This document shows positions 9,593 through 19,039 of a DNA stretch of 36,758 nucleotides, piece after piece. Source of the stretch: a virus (lineage: Duplodnaviria; Caudoviricetes); the IMG/VR virus record IMGVR_UViG_3300037423_001684, positions 1 to 36,758 of that record. One strand, 5' to 3'. Every line of letters starts with the position of its first letter. Position 1 is the stretch's first letter. The notes beneath the pieces were generated by a model. The model was not told the origin of the DNA and ran no database searches. It worked only from the letters and a program-made list of their open reading frames with translations. A program made the translations under genes and the position numbers.

Positions 9593-12158
9593 CGCGACGC
9601 GCCTTCTTCGCGCGCACAGCGCGAGGCACGTCGTCTTCGAGGCGGTCTACCTGGTCTTGGAGGCTGGCCAACGAACCCATCACTACCTTGAGGCCCTTGT
9701 CCTTGTCGATGGCGAGGAGCCCGGTCTCAGGATCGCGCACGATCGCCGTTCGCGCCACCGGATCATGCGCCATTCGGTCGGCCATCGGCCCCACATTCAC
9801 CTCACCAGGAGCCTGACCAGGCGGTCGGAGCCCAGGCTTGTAGGCGTAGGGGCTCGCCTCCATCGAGCGCATCGCACCGGCCATGGCCTGATCGGACATG
9901 TCCCCGAACTGCTTCGAATCGCGATCGGCAACGGCCGGCCCCTGCTTCAGCGACGCCTGCATGCTGGCCATGAGGTCGTCGGCCTGCTTCCCAACGTTGT
10001 CGAGGTAGGCCTTTCTCACCTGCGCTTGCTTCGCGGGCGTGTCGCGCCTGAAGGTCTGCGGGTCACGCAGGCGGCTAGGCTCCTTGTTCGCCTCGTAGTC
10101 GAACGGGACCGGATCCTTTGCGTCCTCCGAGCTCGTGGAGGTATCGCGCTTCCTTGCTGGCGGCGCCGACATGCGCGACAGGGTCTGGTCCGGCGTCAGG
10201 AACGCTCGCGCCATCGAGTCGGCGTCACGGCCATGGAGAATGTCCAGCGCGCGCGGCGACGTCGTCTCGGCGGTACGTGGGGCGGTCTTTTCCTCAGCCT
10301 CGATCACGAACGGCCGCGATTCGCCAGCCGGCAGCCGCGCAGACGTGATCTCGAGCGCCTTGGCCCCCGAGGTCTCCGCCTTTCGCGGCTGTCGGGCTCC
10401 AATGCGGGCACGCTCGGCGTCATCGCGCGCTCGCGCGGTCTCGAGCGCATCGAGCCCGGCGGTAGCGCCCAGGCCAGCGTCAATCGCACCGATCGGAGCG
10501 GATGCGAGCCCGAGAGGCAGATACTTCAGCGCCGCTGCCGCGTTCTCGTTGCGGCTGCTCTTCGCGTCATCGGCCACTTGCTTACTCGCTGCGACGGCCC
10601 CCGTGCGGACGCCGGCCTGGAAGGCCTCTTCCTTCGCGGCAGGGTCGCTCGTGATCGTGTCGCGCTCGGCGACCTGGGCCGGTCGAGGGGTTGCCCAATC
10701 GCGCAAGCCGCCGAGGCCGCCGCCGAGGATCTTCGCCCAGCCAGACTGGCCCTTCTCCGTTGGCCTGGTTGCCCCGCCGCGCTTCCAGTCCGGATCGCCA
10801 TCCGTCTTGGCGGACTCGCCGTAGCGCTTCCAGTCGTTGGTGCCTGGTGCTCCGCTCTCGTCCTTCGACAGGCCGGGGATGGACGCGTCCGCCTCCGGCG
10901 ACTCGCCGAACATCGAGCCCGGTTTACCCGCGCGGGAGGCTGCGTAGCCACGCGGAGCGCCCGCGACGCCTCGCGCCCCTTCCTCGCTGCGATCGTAGGG
11001 GCTGGCGTCACGCGTATCGTCCTCGATCGCCTTCGTCAGCGCCGAGCTGTCGCCGCTGCGCGGGTCGGCGTTCAGGTTGGCGTAGCCCCCGCGCTTGCGA
11101 CGCGCGGCCACGTCCTTCTCGGCGTCACCAGAGACATACCCGCGATGCAGGAGAGACGTCTTCTCCCTTGGATCGCTCGGCATGACGGCCATGCCGTGCG
11201 CCTTCACCGCACCCCCAGTGAAGCCGGTGCCGCCGACCGAGCCGGGCATCGTGGCGCTTCCGAGCCCCGTGGAGGCTGCGTTGACCGAGCTACCGGTCAT
11301 GCCGCCGCTGTCCCCGACGTCGGTGGTTCCTCCGAGGCCGAGCGAAGCAAGCGAGCCCATGACGGGCATCTTGCTCTGCGGATCAGAGAAGACAGACAGT
11401 GCGCCTTGCACTACGCCGCCGGCCGCGCCTGTGGCGGCCTTGAAGAGGTCGAAGTCTCTGTCGGCGTTGTGCTGCTGCGTATTGACGTTCAGCTGGTTGG
11501 CGTTGTTCTGCGATTGCGCGCCGATCTGCTGCTGCGTAAGGCCCGCCTGCAGCTGGTCTTCTGCCACCCTGTTCTGCAGGTTCTCGTACTGCTCCGCGCG
11601 CTGGTCGTTCAGCGCCGTCTGCTGCTGGTTGATTCGCGCCTGATCTGTCGCCAGGCCGATGTCCTGGCCGCGCGCCGCCGTCGATGCCTGCGCAAGCTGG
11701 CCGCGGGCGTTTGCGATCTCGTTCGCGCGCTGCGCCTGAATCCCCTGGTTCATGTCGGCGCGCTGGGTCATCGCGTTCTGGCTCGCCGACCGGTAGGCCG
11801 CGGCCTGTGCGCCTGGTCCTCCGCGCACCGTCCCCGCTGCCGCTACCTGCGAGTTCAGCGCGCGATCGCTCATCTGCTGACCAAGCGTCTCGGCGGCGGA
11901 CGGTCCCTTGCCGGCAGCAGCGTCTTGGAGCGACGCCAGCGAGCCCATCTGGATGCCGCGCGTCTGGTTTTGTGCGGTCTGGTCGATCTGCGGGCCAGTG
12001 CGATTCTCGGCCTGCTGCTGTCGGTAAGCGAGGTTCGCGCGCTCGTCCGCAGCGCCGCCTGCATAGCCGCCATACTGGTACTTGCTCTCGTCGTATCCGC
12101 GTGCGGTGTCCCCGATCCACCCGCCGGCTCGTGCGCTGTTGTTTCCTACGAAGGGCAT
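9570..12158 (-). CDS. Internal virion/ejection protein with C-terminal peptidase S74-like (intramolecular chaperone) domain
   Basis: Gln/Ala-rich N-terminal ~255 aa. The C-terminal PYAYK...VGPMADRM...AIVRD...GLLAIDKDK...LASLQDQVDRLE fits the S74 body pattern (YxYK, GxMAQ, VDY, coiled coil). Several SDPxxK motifs upstream. Confidence 0.7.
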   Translation of the reverse strand: MPFVGNNSARAGGWIGDTARGYDESKYQYGGYAGGAADERANLAYRQQQAENRTGPQIDQTAQNQTRGIQMGSLASLQDAAAGKGPSAAETLGQQMSDRALNSQVAAAGTVRGGPGAQAAAYRSASQNAMTQRADMNQGIQAQRANEIANARGQLAQASTAARGQDIGLATDQARINQQQTALNDQRAEQYENLQNRVAEDQLQAGLTQQQIGAQSQNNANQLNVNTQQHNADRDFDLFKAATGAAGGVVQGALSVFSDPQSKMPVMGSLASLGLGGTTDVGDSGGMTGSSVNAASTGLGSATMPGSVGGTGFTGGAVKAHGMAVMPSDPREKTSLLHRGYVSGDAEKDVAARRKRGGYANLNADPRSGDSSALTKAIEDDTRDASPYDRSEEGARGVAGAPRGYAASRAGKPGSMFGESPEADASIPGLSKDESGAPGTNDWKRYGESAKTDGDPDWKRGGATRPTEKGQSGWAKILGGGLGGLRDWATPRPAQVAERDTITSDPAAKEEAFQAGVRTGAVAASKQVADDAKSSRNENAAAALKYLPLGLASAPIGAIDAGLGATAGLDALETARARDDAERARIGARQPRKAETSGAKALEITSARLPAGESRPFVIEAEEKTAPRTAETTSPRALDILHGRDADSMARAFLTPDQTLSRMSAPPARKRDTSTSSEDAKDPVPFDYEANKEPSRLRDPQTFRRDTPAKQAQVRKAYLDNVGKQADDLMASMQASLKQGPAVADRDSKQFGDMSDQAMAGAMRSMEASPYAYKPGLRPPGQAPGEVNVGPMADRMAHDPVARTAIVRDPETGLLAIDKDKGLKVVMGSLASLQDQVDRLEDDVPRAVRAKKARRDGSSAEP

Positions 12159-12161
12159 CGG

Positions 12162-15100
12162 TCAACCTCGTCTGCTGGGTGTAATGCGCGGGAGCCCGCT
12201 CTTTGGCGAAACGAGAAGGGCGACGCCGTCCAGTGTGAAGCCGCCACCGTTCCCGAGAGGGTAAGCATTCGCATTCGCTGGCGCCGCGTCGGAGATCTGG
12301 ATCTCCACGGCCTGTACCTTCTGCACGGACAGATCGATCTGCGCGCGCTCGAGCGGCCCCACCGTCGTCGTGTCGCTGCCGGCAGCGAAGGTCCTTGTCT
12401 GCTGCGTCGACTCCGAGAAGTCGCGGCGGATGAGGATGGTCAGTTGATGGTTCGAGAGGCTCGTCCCGAGCAGCTGCGCGCGCCGCACGCGGTGCCAGGA
12501 GACCGGTCCGGCCGGCGAGATGGGGGAGAGGCGGACCGTTGATGGGACGAAGGCCCCGCTGTCGAGGTGATCGGCGGTCTGCTCAGCGTAGACCGTGCTC
12601 GCGGTGGCGAAGTAGTAGGTGGTCCCGAGGAGGCAGGCGTCCACGATGGCCGCGCCGCCGGGATAGGCGCGCGTCATCCACGTCTTTCGCTCGTAGTCGA
12701 AGACCAGGATGAGGCCGGCGCTGCCGTCGGCTTTGTTGCAGGTGAACCGCACCTCGTTTTCCGACGAGACGAGGACGGCGCTCGTGATCTTCGGGTAGGT
12801 CGCGAGCGTGTCTTGGACGTCGCGGCCGATCCAGCCCACCGTCAGGCCCCGATCCAGCAGGTAGATCGCGCCGTCATGCTCGAAGAGGACGCCGAGGGGC
12901 ATGGAGACGACGCTTCGCGGGTTCGTGCAGCCGATGTCCGATTGGATGACCTGAGGCACCTGGAAGCGATTGTCCGTCCCAGCGACCGTGGGACCGTCGC
13001 CGACGACGAACCAGATCCGCGGCTTCGCGAACATGATCCGCTTCTCGTCCATCGTCGTCGCGGCAACGAGGTCCTCTTCGTAGACTTCCACCTGCGCCGA
13101 GTTGAAGCCTGGTGCGATGCCGGGATTCTCGTTCGCGTCCTTCGAGAACCAGTATTCGCGGCGGTTGCCGGTGATGATGCCGATGCGCCGCCCGTGGACG
13201 TGCACAGTGTACTGGCCGGGCGGCTGGACGTCCTCGAGCTCGCTCGTGGCCGTGTATGGCTCGGGGCGCGTGTTGAGCGGGATCGGCGGCTTCTCGGGCG
13301 AGTCCGCGTCGATGGCGACTCCGTTGATCGCATTGTCCGGCCGCTTGTCGGTGAACGTGATCAAGTAGTCGTCCGGATGGTTCGGGACGACGTTGTACCG
13401 CGGCTCGTAGGTCAGCTTGTGAAGGGCAGAGCCACCCGCCTCGGTGCGGTAGGCGTCGAAATAGGACGCGCCCACGCCCTCGATCGAGAATTCGGTGGCC
13501 AGCGTCTGCTTGCAGTCGATGCTGTTCGGCATCAGCACGATCTTCGCGCTGCCATTCGCGTTCGAGCCGGAGGAAACGTGTACGGTGGTCTCGACCGACA
13601 TCGGGCCACGGTGCAGAACACCGACCGAGCTCCGGTAACCAGGCTCGAACTGGTAGATGTAGTTGCCGTTCGGCATCTCGCCATCAAGCGTGGCCTCATA
13701 GACGAGGACGAACGGCTGACGCATGCCGTAATCGAAGAGCGTGCGGCCGTCCCACGCGCCAAGGCGACCACCGGCGATGTACGTCTCGGGCCCGATGCTG
13801 ACCGAGCGCCACGGATCGTCAATGAGGTCGGGGTCGACCGTCACGCGCGCGCAGCGGAGGCCGGCGCGCAGGTTGAAGGAGATCGGAGAGGCGTTCCCCT
13901 GGAACGGCGTCAGCCCAAGAATCGTGTTGCCGTCGACGATGGCGACCTGCGGAAGCAAGCCCATGCGCCACGGCGCGGCAATGTCGTGGTCGATCTTGCC
14001 GACGAACCGGTGGGGTGGCGCGATGAAGGGGATTTTCTCTTCGTCGACCTCGTAGGGCTCGACTGAGAGTTCGATCACGTAGCTGGATAGGCTCGGCGTC
14101 TTGGAATCCTCGGCCCTCGCCTGTTCGGTGCGCTCGTTGTCCTCCTCGGTGCGCTCGCCGTACCGCGCATCGGCCGCGAGCGCGTAGTATTTCGCGCCGA
14201 GCTTGAAGATCCGCGAGAGGAGGACCATCGCTGCCGACATTCGGCGCACGGAAGTCGTTCCGAGGCCCGCTTCTGCGCCCGTGTTGTCGAGGATCGTCGA
14301 TTGCAGCGACGGGAAGCCCACCTCCGCGGTGACGCCCGTGTCCGTTTGGTCGGTTCCGGACCATGCGCAGAGCAGCGAGGTCGTACCGAGTGGGTAGATC
14401 GCGACCTGGCGCGCGACGTAGTTCGTCCCCGCGTCCGGGTGCGCGACCACCGTGACCGGTGCAAGTGCGCTCGCCATCGTCGAGCTGTTGATCGCCCGGT
14501 ACCGGATGCGATGCTCGACCGTCACCGCCGTTCCGCCGTCGTCGCTCTCCTGGCAGTAAAGGATGTAGATCCTGCTCGAGCCCGTCACCTCGCAGATGCT
14601 GATCGACTTGACCGACGAATCGGTGAGAGTGACGGCTGCGGCCGACGTGAAGGTCGCAAGCGAGCGCGTGAAGCGGGCCGCGCGCAGGCTGGTGCCATGC
14701 TTTTCGTAGACGACGACCAGATCGCCGTCCGCCTTGAAGATGGCGTCGAAGCGCCCGCGCAGGGTGGAATTGGACTGCAGGTCGGTGATGAGCGCCTGCG
14801 TCCCGAGCACGTCGAATTCGCCACTCAGGCGCAGGGTCAGCTGCGAGATGTGCTGCTCGTCGAATGAGAACAGGACGAACGCGAGGCCGCCGGCGATGAG
14901 CACGCGCACGTGGTAGATGCGATCGCCCAGGCCGGTGACAGGCAGCTTGACCGGGCGGCGCACGAGCTCGCGCGTCCGCCAGTTGAAGACCTGCACCCAG
15001 CCGAGGCCCTGCGACGCGGGCGGCGAGTCCTCCGGGCGCAACGTCGGGTCACCCGTAACCCAGGCGTGCACGAGCATGTCGCCGCTGATCGCCACATCGC

Positions 15101-15479
15101 TCGTAGCGACGCCGACGTAATCGTCGAGCAGCGTGTACCACTCGAGGCCGATCTCCGAGCCGTTCGGAAGGCCGTGGCCGAGCCCGTCGCCGCGCCAGAT
15201 CTGGGTGACCGGATCGTACGTGAAGAGCCCCTGGCCGTCGGTGACCGAGAGCTCGGATCCGCGCGTCACGAAGCGGCGGAGGTTCGCCAGAATGCCGTCT
15301 TGGTCGACGTCCACCGTCGTCGGGAGCGCCGTCGTGCCCCAGCGCTTGCCGATCTGACCGTCCTTTGGCCAGCGGATGTTCGCGCCCGACCGGAGCGCGC
15401 TCATCGGCTGCGCCTTCGGGTTCGAGTCCTCGGCCAAGCCGAGGCGGAGCGGAAACTGGATGACCTGCCCGCTCATCAA
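12162..15479 (-). CDS. Tail nozzle/head-closure protein (P22 gp10/T7 gp12-like, 1105 aa)
   Basis: Large beta-propeller-like protein with IGCTNPRSVV and GKRWG motifs typical of podoviral nozzles; follows the adaptor. Confidence 0.7.
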   Translation of the reverse strand: MMSGQVIQFPLRLGLAEDSNPKAQPMSALRSGANIRWPKDGQIGKRWGTTALPTTVDVDQDGILANLRRFVTRGSELSVTDGQGLFTYDPVTQIWRGDGLGHGLPNGSEIGLEWYTLLDDYVGVATSDVAISGDMLVHAWVTGDPTLRPEDSPPASQGLGWVQVFNWRTRELVRRPVKLPVTGLGDRIYHVRVLIAGGLAFVLFSFDEQHISQLTLRLSGEFDVLGTQALITDLQSNSTLRGRFDAIFKADGDLVVVYEKHGTSLRAARFTRSLATFTSAAAVTLTDSSVKSISICEVTGSSRIYILYCQESDDGGTAVTVEHRIRYRAINSSTMASALAPVTVVAHPDAGTNYVARQVAIYPLGTTSLLCAWSGTDQTDTGVTAEVGFPSLQSTILDNTGAEAGLGTTSVRRMSAAMVLLSRIFKLGAKYYALAADARYGERTEEDNERTEQARAEDSKTPSLSSYVIELSVEPYEVDEEKIPFIAPPHRFVGKIDHDIAAPWRMGLLPQVAIVDGNTILGLTPFQGNASPISFNLRAGLRCARVTVDPDLIDDPWRSVSIGPETYIAGGRLGAWDGRTLFDYGMRQPFVLVYEATLDGEMPNGNYIYQFEPGYRSSVGVLHRGPMSVETTVHVSSGSNANGSAKIVLMPNSIDCKQTLATEFSIEGVGASYFDAYRTEAGGSALHKLTYEPRYNVVPNHPDDYLITFTDKRPDNAINGVAIDADSPEKPPIPLNTRPEPYTATSELEDVQPPGQYTVHVHGRRIGIITGNRREYWFSKDANENPGIAPGFNSAQVEVYEEDLVAATTMDEKRIMFAKPRIWFVVGDGPTVAGTDNRFQVPQVIQSDIGCTNPRSVVSMPLGVLFEHDGAIYLLDRGLTVGWIGRDVQDTLATYPKITSAVLVSSENEVRFTCNKADGSAGLILVFDYERKTWMTRAYPGGAAIVDACLLGTTYYFATASTVYAEQTADHLDSGAFVPSTVRLSPISPAGPVSWHRVRRAQLLGTSLSNHQLTILIRRDFSESTQQTRTFAAGSDTTTVGPLERAQIDLSVQKVQAVEIQISDAAPANANAYPLGNGGGFTLDGVALLVSPKSGLPRITPSRRG

Positions 15480-15838
15480 AGCACCAGCAGATAACAGGTC
15501 CCTGTGTTCGTCGGCGTGACCGTGACGTAGTCCGAGCTCGTCTTGCCGTTCGGGTGTTTCGTCGCGCGCAGGCCGACCTGGGCGACGCTCGGCGCGTCGT
15601 TGCTCTGCACCTCGATGAACCCCTTGGCGCGTCGTCCGAGACCGTGCGGAATGCTCCGGGCGATGCCGGAGGTGAATGAGAGGCCCGAGCCGCGTACCGC
15701 ACCGTCCTCCTCGGTGAGCAGGCGCCCGCTCGGGATGGCGTTGATGGTGTCGGCGAGCTCGCGGATGCGCCGCCAGATGGCGTCGACCGTCGGATCGCCG
15801 GTCTGCACGCGCTCAACGGCCACGCCGGTGCGGCTCAT
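15476..15838 (-). CDS. Hypothetical structural protein (120 aa)
   Basis: ATGA overlaps on both sides; IPHGLGRR fibre-type motif. Confidence 0.7.
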   Translation of the reverse strand: MSRTGVAVERVQTGDPTVDAIWRRIRELADTINAIPSGRLLTEEDGAVRGSGLSFTSGIARSIPHGLGRRAKGFIEVQSNDAPSVAQVGLRATKHPNGKTSSDYVTVTPTNTGTCYLLVL

Positions 15839-16548
15839 CGGAGGCGCCCCAGGCCAGGGATGTAGCCCATGCGCGGGCCGCGCACGTCCTGCACGCGTCG
15901 CGGGCGGAAGGCGTCTCGGTTCTTCGCCATGCGCTTGATCCGCTGCTTCAACCGCTCCATCTCGCGCAGGCAGTCGGCGATGAGGCCGTCCTCCTCATCC
16001 TTTCGCCCGATGCACATGGCGGCGTATTCGACGACGTACTCGTCCCAGCCGTTCACCCCGTCGGCGTTGGTCGTGGAGGTGTCGTCCGCCAAATCTTGGC
16101 AGGCAGGGATCCACTCCACCGTCACGCGCAGGTTGGCCTGGTGCTCGGGGTAGACCGCGATCCCGTTCGGCCGAAGGTCGTAATGCGTCGGCCAGCCCGA
16201 TGGACAAGGGTCGAGGAACCACGGCTCTTCCATCGGCTGGATCGGGACGAGCGGCGTCGCGCCGTGCCCGCAGCAGTCGGAGACGCGCACGCCGATCAGC
16301 CGGTAGAACGTCGGCGGAAAGTCGTCGGTATAGAGGGTCGTGTTCTCCGCGGTCGTGATGACCCACGGGTCGGGCGAGCGGAAGTAGCTGCGCCCGTACT
16401 CGTCGACAAGGATGTCGTAGAGCTCGGTACGCCCCTGGTTGACGTACCCGAGCACCTCCGAGCGTGGATGGCGGTCCGTCGCATCTTGGACGTCGGCTCG
16501 CCCGAGCGCGGCGTCGATGAGAGCGGCGCCCGAACGATACTTCGCCAT
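15835..16548 (-). CDS. Head-tail adaptor (237 aa)
   Basis: Helical N-terminus (LIDAALGRAD...EVLGYVNQG...ELYD), IAVYP motif, WDEYVVEYAA helix; lies between capsid and nozzle. Confidence 0.7.
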   Translation of the reverse strand: MAKYRSGAALIDAALGRADVQDATDRHPRSEVLGYVNQGRTELYDILVDEYGRSYFRSPDPWVITTAENTTLYTDDFPPTFYRLIGVRVSDCCGHGATPLVPIQPMEEPWFLDPCPSGWPTHYDLRPNGIAVYPEHQANLRVTVEWIPACQDLADDTSTTNADGVNGWDEYVVEYAAMCIGRKDEEDGLIADCLREMERLKQRIKRMAKNRDAFRPRRVQDVRGPRMGYIPGLGRLR

Positions 16549-16551
16549 GCG

Positions 16552-16764
16552 TCAGCCCTCCTCGTACCCGTCGTCCTCGTCCGGCTCCTCGTCGGATTCC
16601 TTGGCCTGGCAGGCCTCGTAGTGGCGGGTGAGCGCCAGGCTCACGGCCCTGGCGTCACCCGCCTTTACGGCGGAGATCAGGTCCTTGGCTGCATCGAGCT
16701 CCGAGGAGCCCCCGCCGCCAGCCTCATCGCCGCCGCCGAGCAGTTTCGCGAGCGGATCAGCCAC
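16552..16764 (-). CDS. Small acidic hypothetical protein (70 aa)
   Basis: Tiles between neighbours; acidic tail. Confidence 0.65.
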   Translation of the reverse strand: MADPLAKLLGGGDEAGGGGSSELDAAKDLISAVKAGDARAVSLALTRHYEACQAKESDEEPDEDDGYEEG

Positions 16765-17152
16765 GCGCCCTCCGCGTCGTGCTCTTCACGAGCAGGAAGC
16801 CGCCGATCAGCGTGTTGTCTGCCGGGTCGGTCTCGACCGCGCCCGTCATCGTGCGCACCACGAAGGTGCCCGCGCTGACGACACTCGACCAGTCGACCTT
16901 GCCATAGAGATCCACGTCATCCGGCACATTGGAGGGATCGGCCGTTCCGTAGAAGCACGCCGGTGGAACGTCGCGGAGCGTGCAGAGGAATTCCCCCGCC
17001 TCGCTCCGGACAACCGACTTGAGCGTGTCCCCGATGAGCCCGTCGGGGTTCGACGTGCCGTTGATGGTGAAGCCGAACGGGAGGATCAGCAGCCCTTCAT
17101 CGGGCGACTGCACCGCCGGCTGGAGCCGCTGGAGGCGACGCTTGGCAGTCAT
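16757..17152 (-). CDS. Hypothetical structural protein (131 aa)
   Basis: Protein-like, downstream of the capsid gene. Confidence 0.7.
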   Translation of the reverse strand: MTAKRRLQRLQPAVQSPDEGLLILPFGFTINGTSNPDGLIGDTLKSVVRSEAGEFLCTLRDVPPACFYGTADPSNVPDDVDLYGKVDWSSVVSAGTFVVRTMTGAVETDPADNTLIGGFLLVKSTTRRARG

Positions 17153-17160
17153 GCATCACC

Positions 17161-17721
17161 TCAGATCGGGTAGCCGTCGGCCGGCCCCTCGAGCTCGATG
17201 TCGACCTGAAGGGTGCCGACCGGAAGGGCGACGCCGGACGCGTTCTGCGCGAAGAGCGGCGCCAAGACGGTGCCCCTCGTGAAGCGGGCGTCTGCACCAT
17301 GGTTGCCGTTCGCCACCGTGAGGGAGGCTCCGACGCCCATCGTGATGTTGCCCGTGCCGCCGTTGGCGGAGGTGTTCGTGTTCGCAGAGGCGAGTGCGGT
17401 GGCGACGGTGGCGCCGTTCGCATCGAGCTTGGCGACGCCGATGTTGGCGTTGTTGCCGCCCGCTGCGACGACGTTCGCCGTCGGGAGGAACTTCGCCCCG
17501 AGGACGCGGCCGTTCGCGAGCATGCTCACCTGGCTCGCCGAGGCGTTCGGCGCGACCAGGTTGGAGGCGTTCGCGTTGAGGGCCGCCGTGGAGAACGTGA
17601 TCGTGCGACGAATGAGCGTCACCGCCGCCTTGCCGGGCGTGGACGTGTAGGCCGTGCTCGAGTTCTCGAGGTTCGTGAGGGCATCCGCGATGCGCCGCAT
17701 GTCGTTGTGTCGCGTGGTCAT
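17161..17721 (-). CDS. Putative capsid decoration/minor head protein (186 aa)
   Basis: Asn/Ala/Thr-rich beta protein directly after the capsid gene, with an AGGAG RBS. Confidence 0.55.
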   Translation of the reverse strand: MTTRHNDMRRIADALTNLENSSTAYTSTPGKAAVTLIRRTITFSTAALNANASNLVAPNASASQVSMLANGRVLGAKFLPTANVVAAGGNNANIGVAKLDANGATVATALASANTNTSANGGTGNITMGVGASLTVANGNHGADARFTRGTVLAPLFAQNASGVALPVGTLQVDIELEGPADGYPI

Positions 17722-17734
17722 GTCAGCGCTCCTT

Positions 17735-18979
17735 TCAGCCGAGCAGCATCACGGCCTGATCGCCGGGACGCCGCGTGTAGGGGTTGCCGTAGCCGCCGAG
17801 ACGACCCTCTCGGGCGTTGGCGTTCTCCTCGGTCATGAACTTCTTGGCGCCGTCGGCGGTGAGCCACATGCCCCACTCCTCCGCCGTGTGGAACTTCCAC
17901 TTGTCCATGTTGAGGAAGAAGACGAGCTCTTCGCCGTTCGGTCCCAGCGGGATGTCCGAATCGGCGTACATCTTGACCGTCTTGCCGGTCTGGCTCGTGA
18001 AGGCGAGGCCCTCGAAGCCGACCTTGCCGACCTTCTGCTCAGTGCGACGGACGCTCGAATCGAGCGACATCTCCACCTCGTTGATGATCTCCGGCGAGAC
18101 CCAGATGTGCGTCGTGTTCACCGAGCGACGGAAGAGCTTCGTGAGGCCCTCCTTGACCGCTTCGATGACCGTCAGGTTCGCCGACGGCGTCAGGCGGTGG
18201 CCGCCGAGGCGCGTCGGGAAGACCGAGCGGTCCATGCCCCAGATCGAGACCGGGTCGCTGCCGACGCCGGGCCCCTCGAGCAGGGTGTATGCGGTGACGC
18301 CCTTGATGACGTGGTCGTCGTCGCCGTAGTCGCCCTCCTGGAAGAGGTAGTACCCGGTGGCGATGCCCGGAATCGTCGAGACGTCCGAGTCGAAGGTGAG
18401 AACGCCCTCGTCCTCGTCGATGTCGGTGATCGTCCGGACCTGATCGAGCACGCCCGCGCCGCCGCGGCCGTCGTCAGCGGCGAACTCGATGATGTCGCCG
18501 ATGTCGAAGTTGCGCACGCTGTGCGGGTTGACGAGCGCCACGTCGACCGTGGTGATCGTGAGGATCTTCGCCGCCGCGCCGCCGCCATTGCCCCAGAGCT
18601 GCCACGCCGAGCGACGACGGAACTTCTCCGCCGCGTCGGTCGTCGCCTCGTCGAGGTACCGGACCAGCGAGCCCTTTTGGTCACGCGAGAGCGTGATGAG
18701 CTTGTTGTCGACGGACCAGAGCGCGAACAGGTCCGCGGTCTCGATCTCCATCGCCGCGTACTTGTTGATGCGCTTGTTCTTCTTCGCGATGTCGAACTTG
18801 GACGCGACGGACGAGCCGTTTGCGTACTTGCAGGTCACGTGCAGTCGGAGACCCGACCACGACGTGTCCTTCTCCATCATGGCGAAGAGGGGCCGATCCT
18901 CGTAGAGGTAATCCTCCACGCCGTCGACCCACAGATCCTTGAGGATGAGCGGGACATTGGTGGTGTTTGCAGCAGACAT
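17735..18979 (-). CDS. Major capsid protein (414 aa)
   Basis: Size, strong codon bias and position after portal and scaffold; N-terminal LILKDLW...YEDRPLFAMMEK pattern. Confidence 0.82.
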   Translation of the reverse strand: MSAANTTNVPLILKDLWVDGVEDYLYEDRPLFAMMEKDTSWSGLRLHVTCKYANGSSVASKFDIAKKNKRINKYAAMEIETADLFALWSVDNKLITLSRDQKGSLVRYLDEATTDAAEKFRRRSAWQLWGNGGGAAAKILTITTVDVALVNPHSVRNFDIGDIIEFAADDGRGGAGVLDQVRTITDIDEDEGVLTFDSDVSTIPGIATGYYLFQEGDYGDDDHVIKGVTAYTLLEGPGVGSDPVSIWGMDRSVFPTRLGGHRLTPSANLTVIEAVKEGLTKLFRRSVNTTHIWVSPEIINEVEMSLDSSVRRTEQKVGKVGFEGLAFTSQTGKTVKMYADSDIPLGPNGEELVFFLNMDKWKFHTAEEWGMWLTADGAKKFMTEENANAREGRLGGYGNPYTRRPGDQAVMLLG

Positions 18980-19039
18980 CGAAGCCCTTTCGGGCTCGTC
19001 GAGTCATCCCCCTGCAAAGCGCGCGAGACTGGCGAGCGT

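Noticed and set aside
9657-12542. 961-aa plus-strand ORF (also 7796-9274, 12567-14066, 17654-19117, 27837-29840 and similar)
   Set aside because: Antisense shadows of real genes caused by high GC3; Arg/His-rich, no motifs, no RBS.
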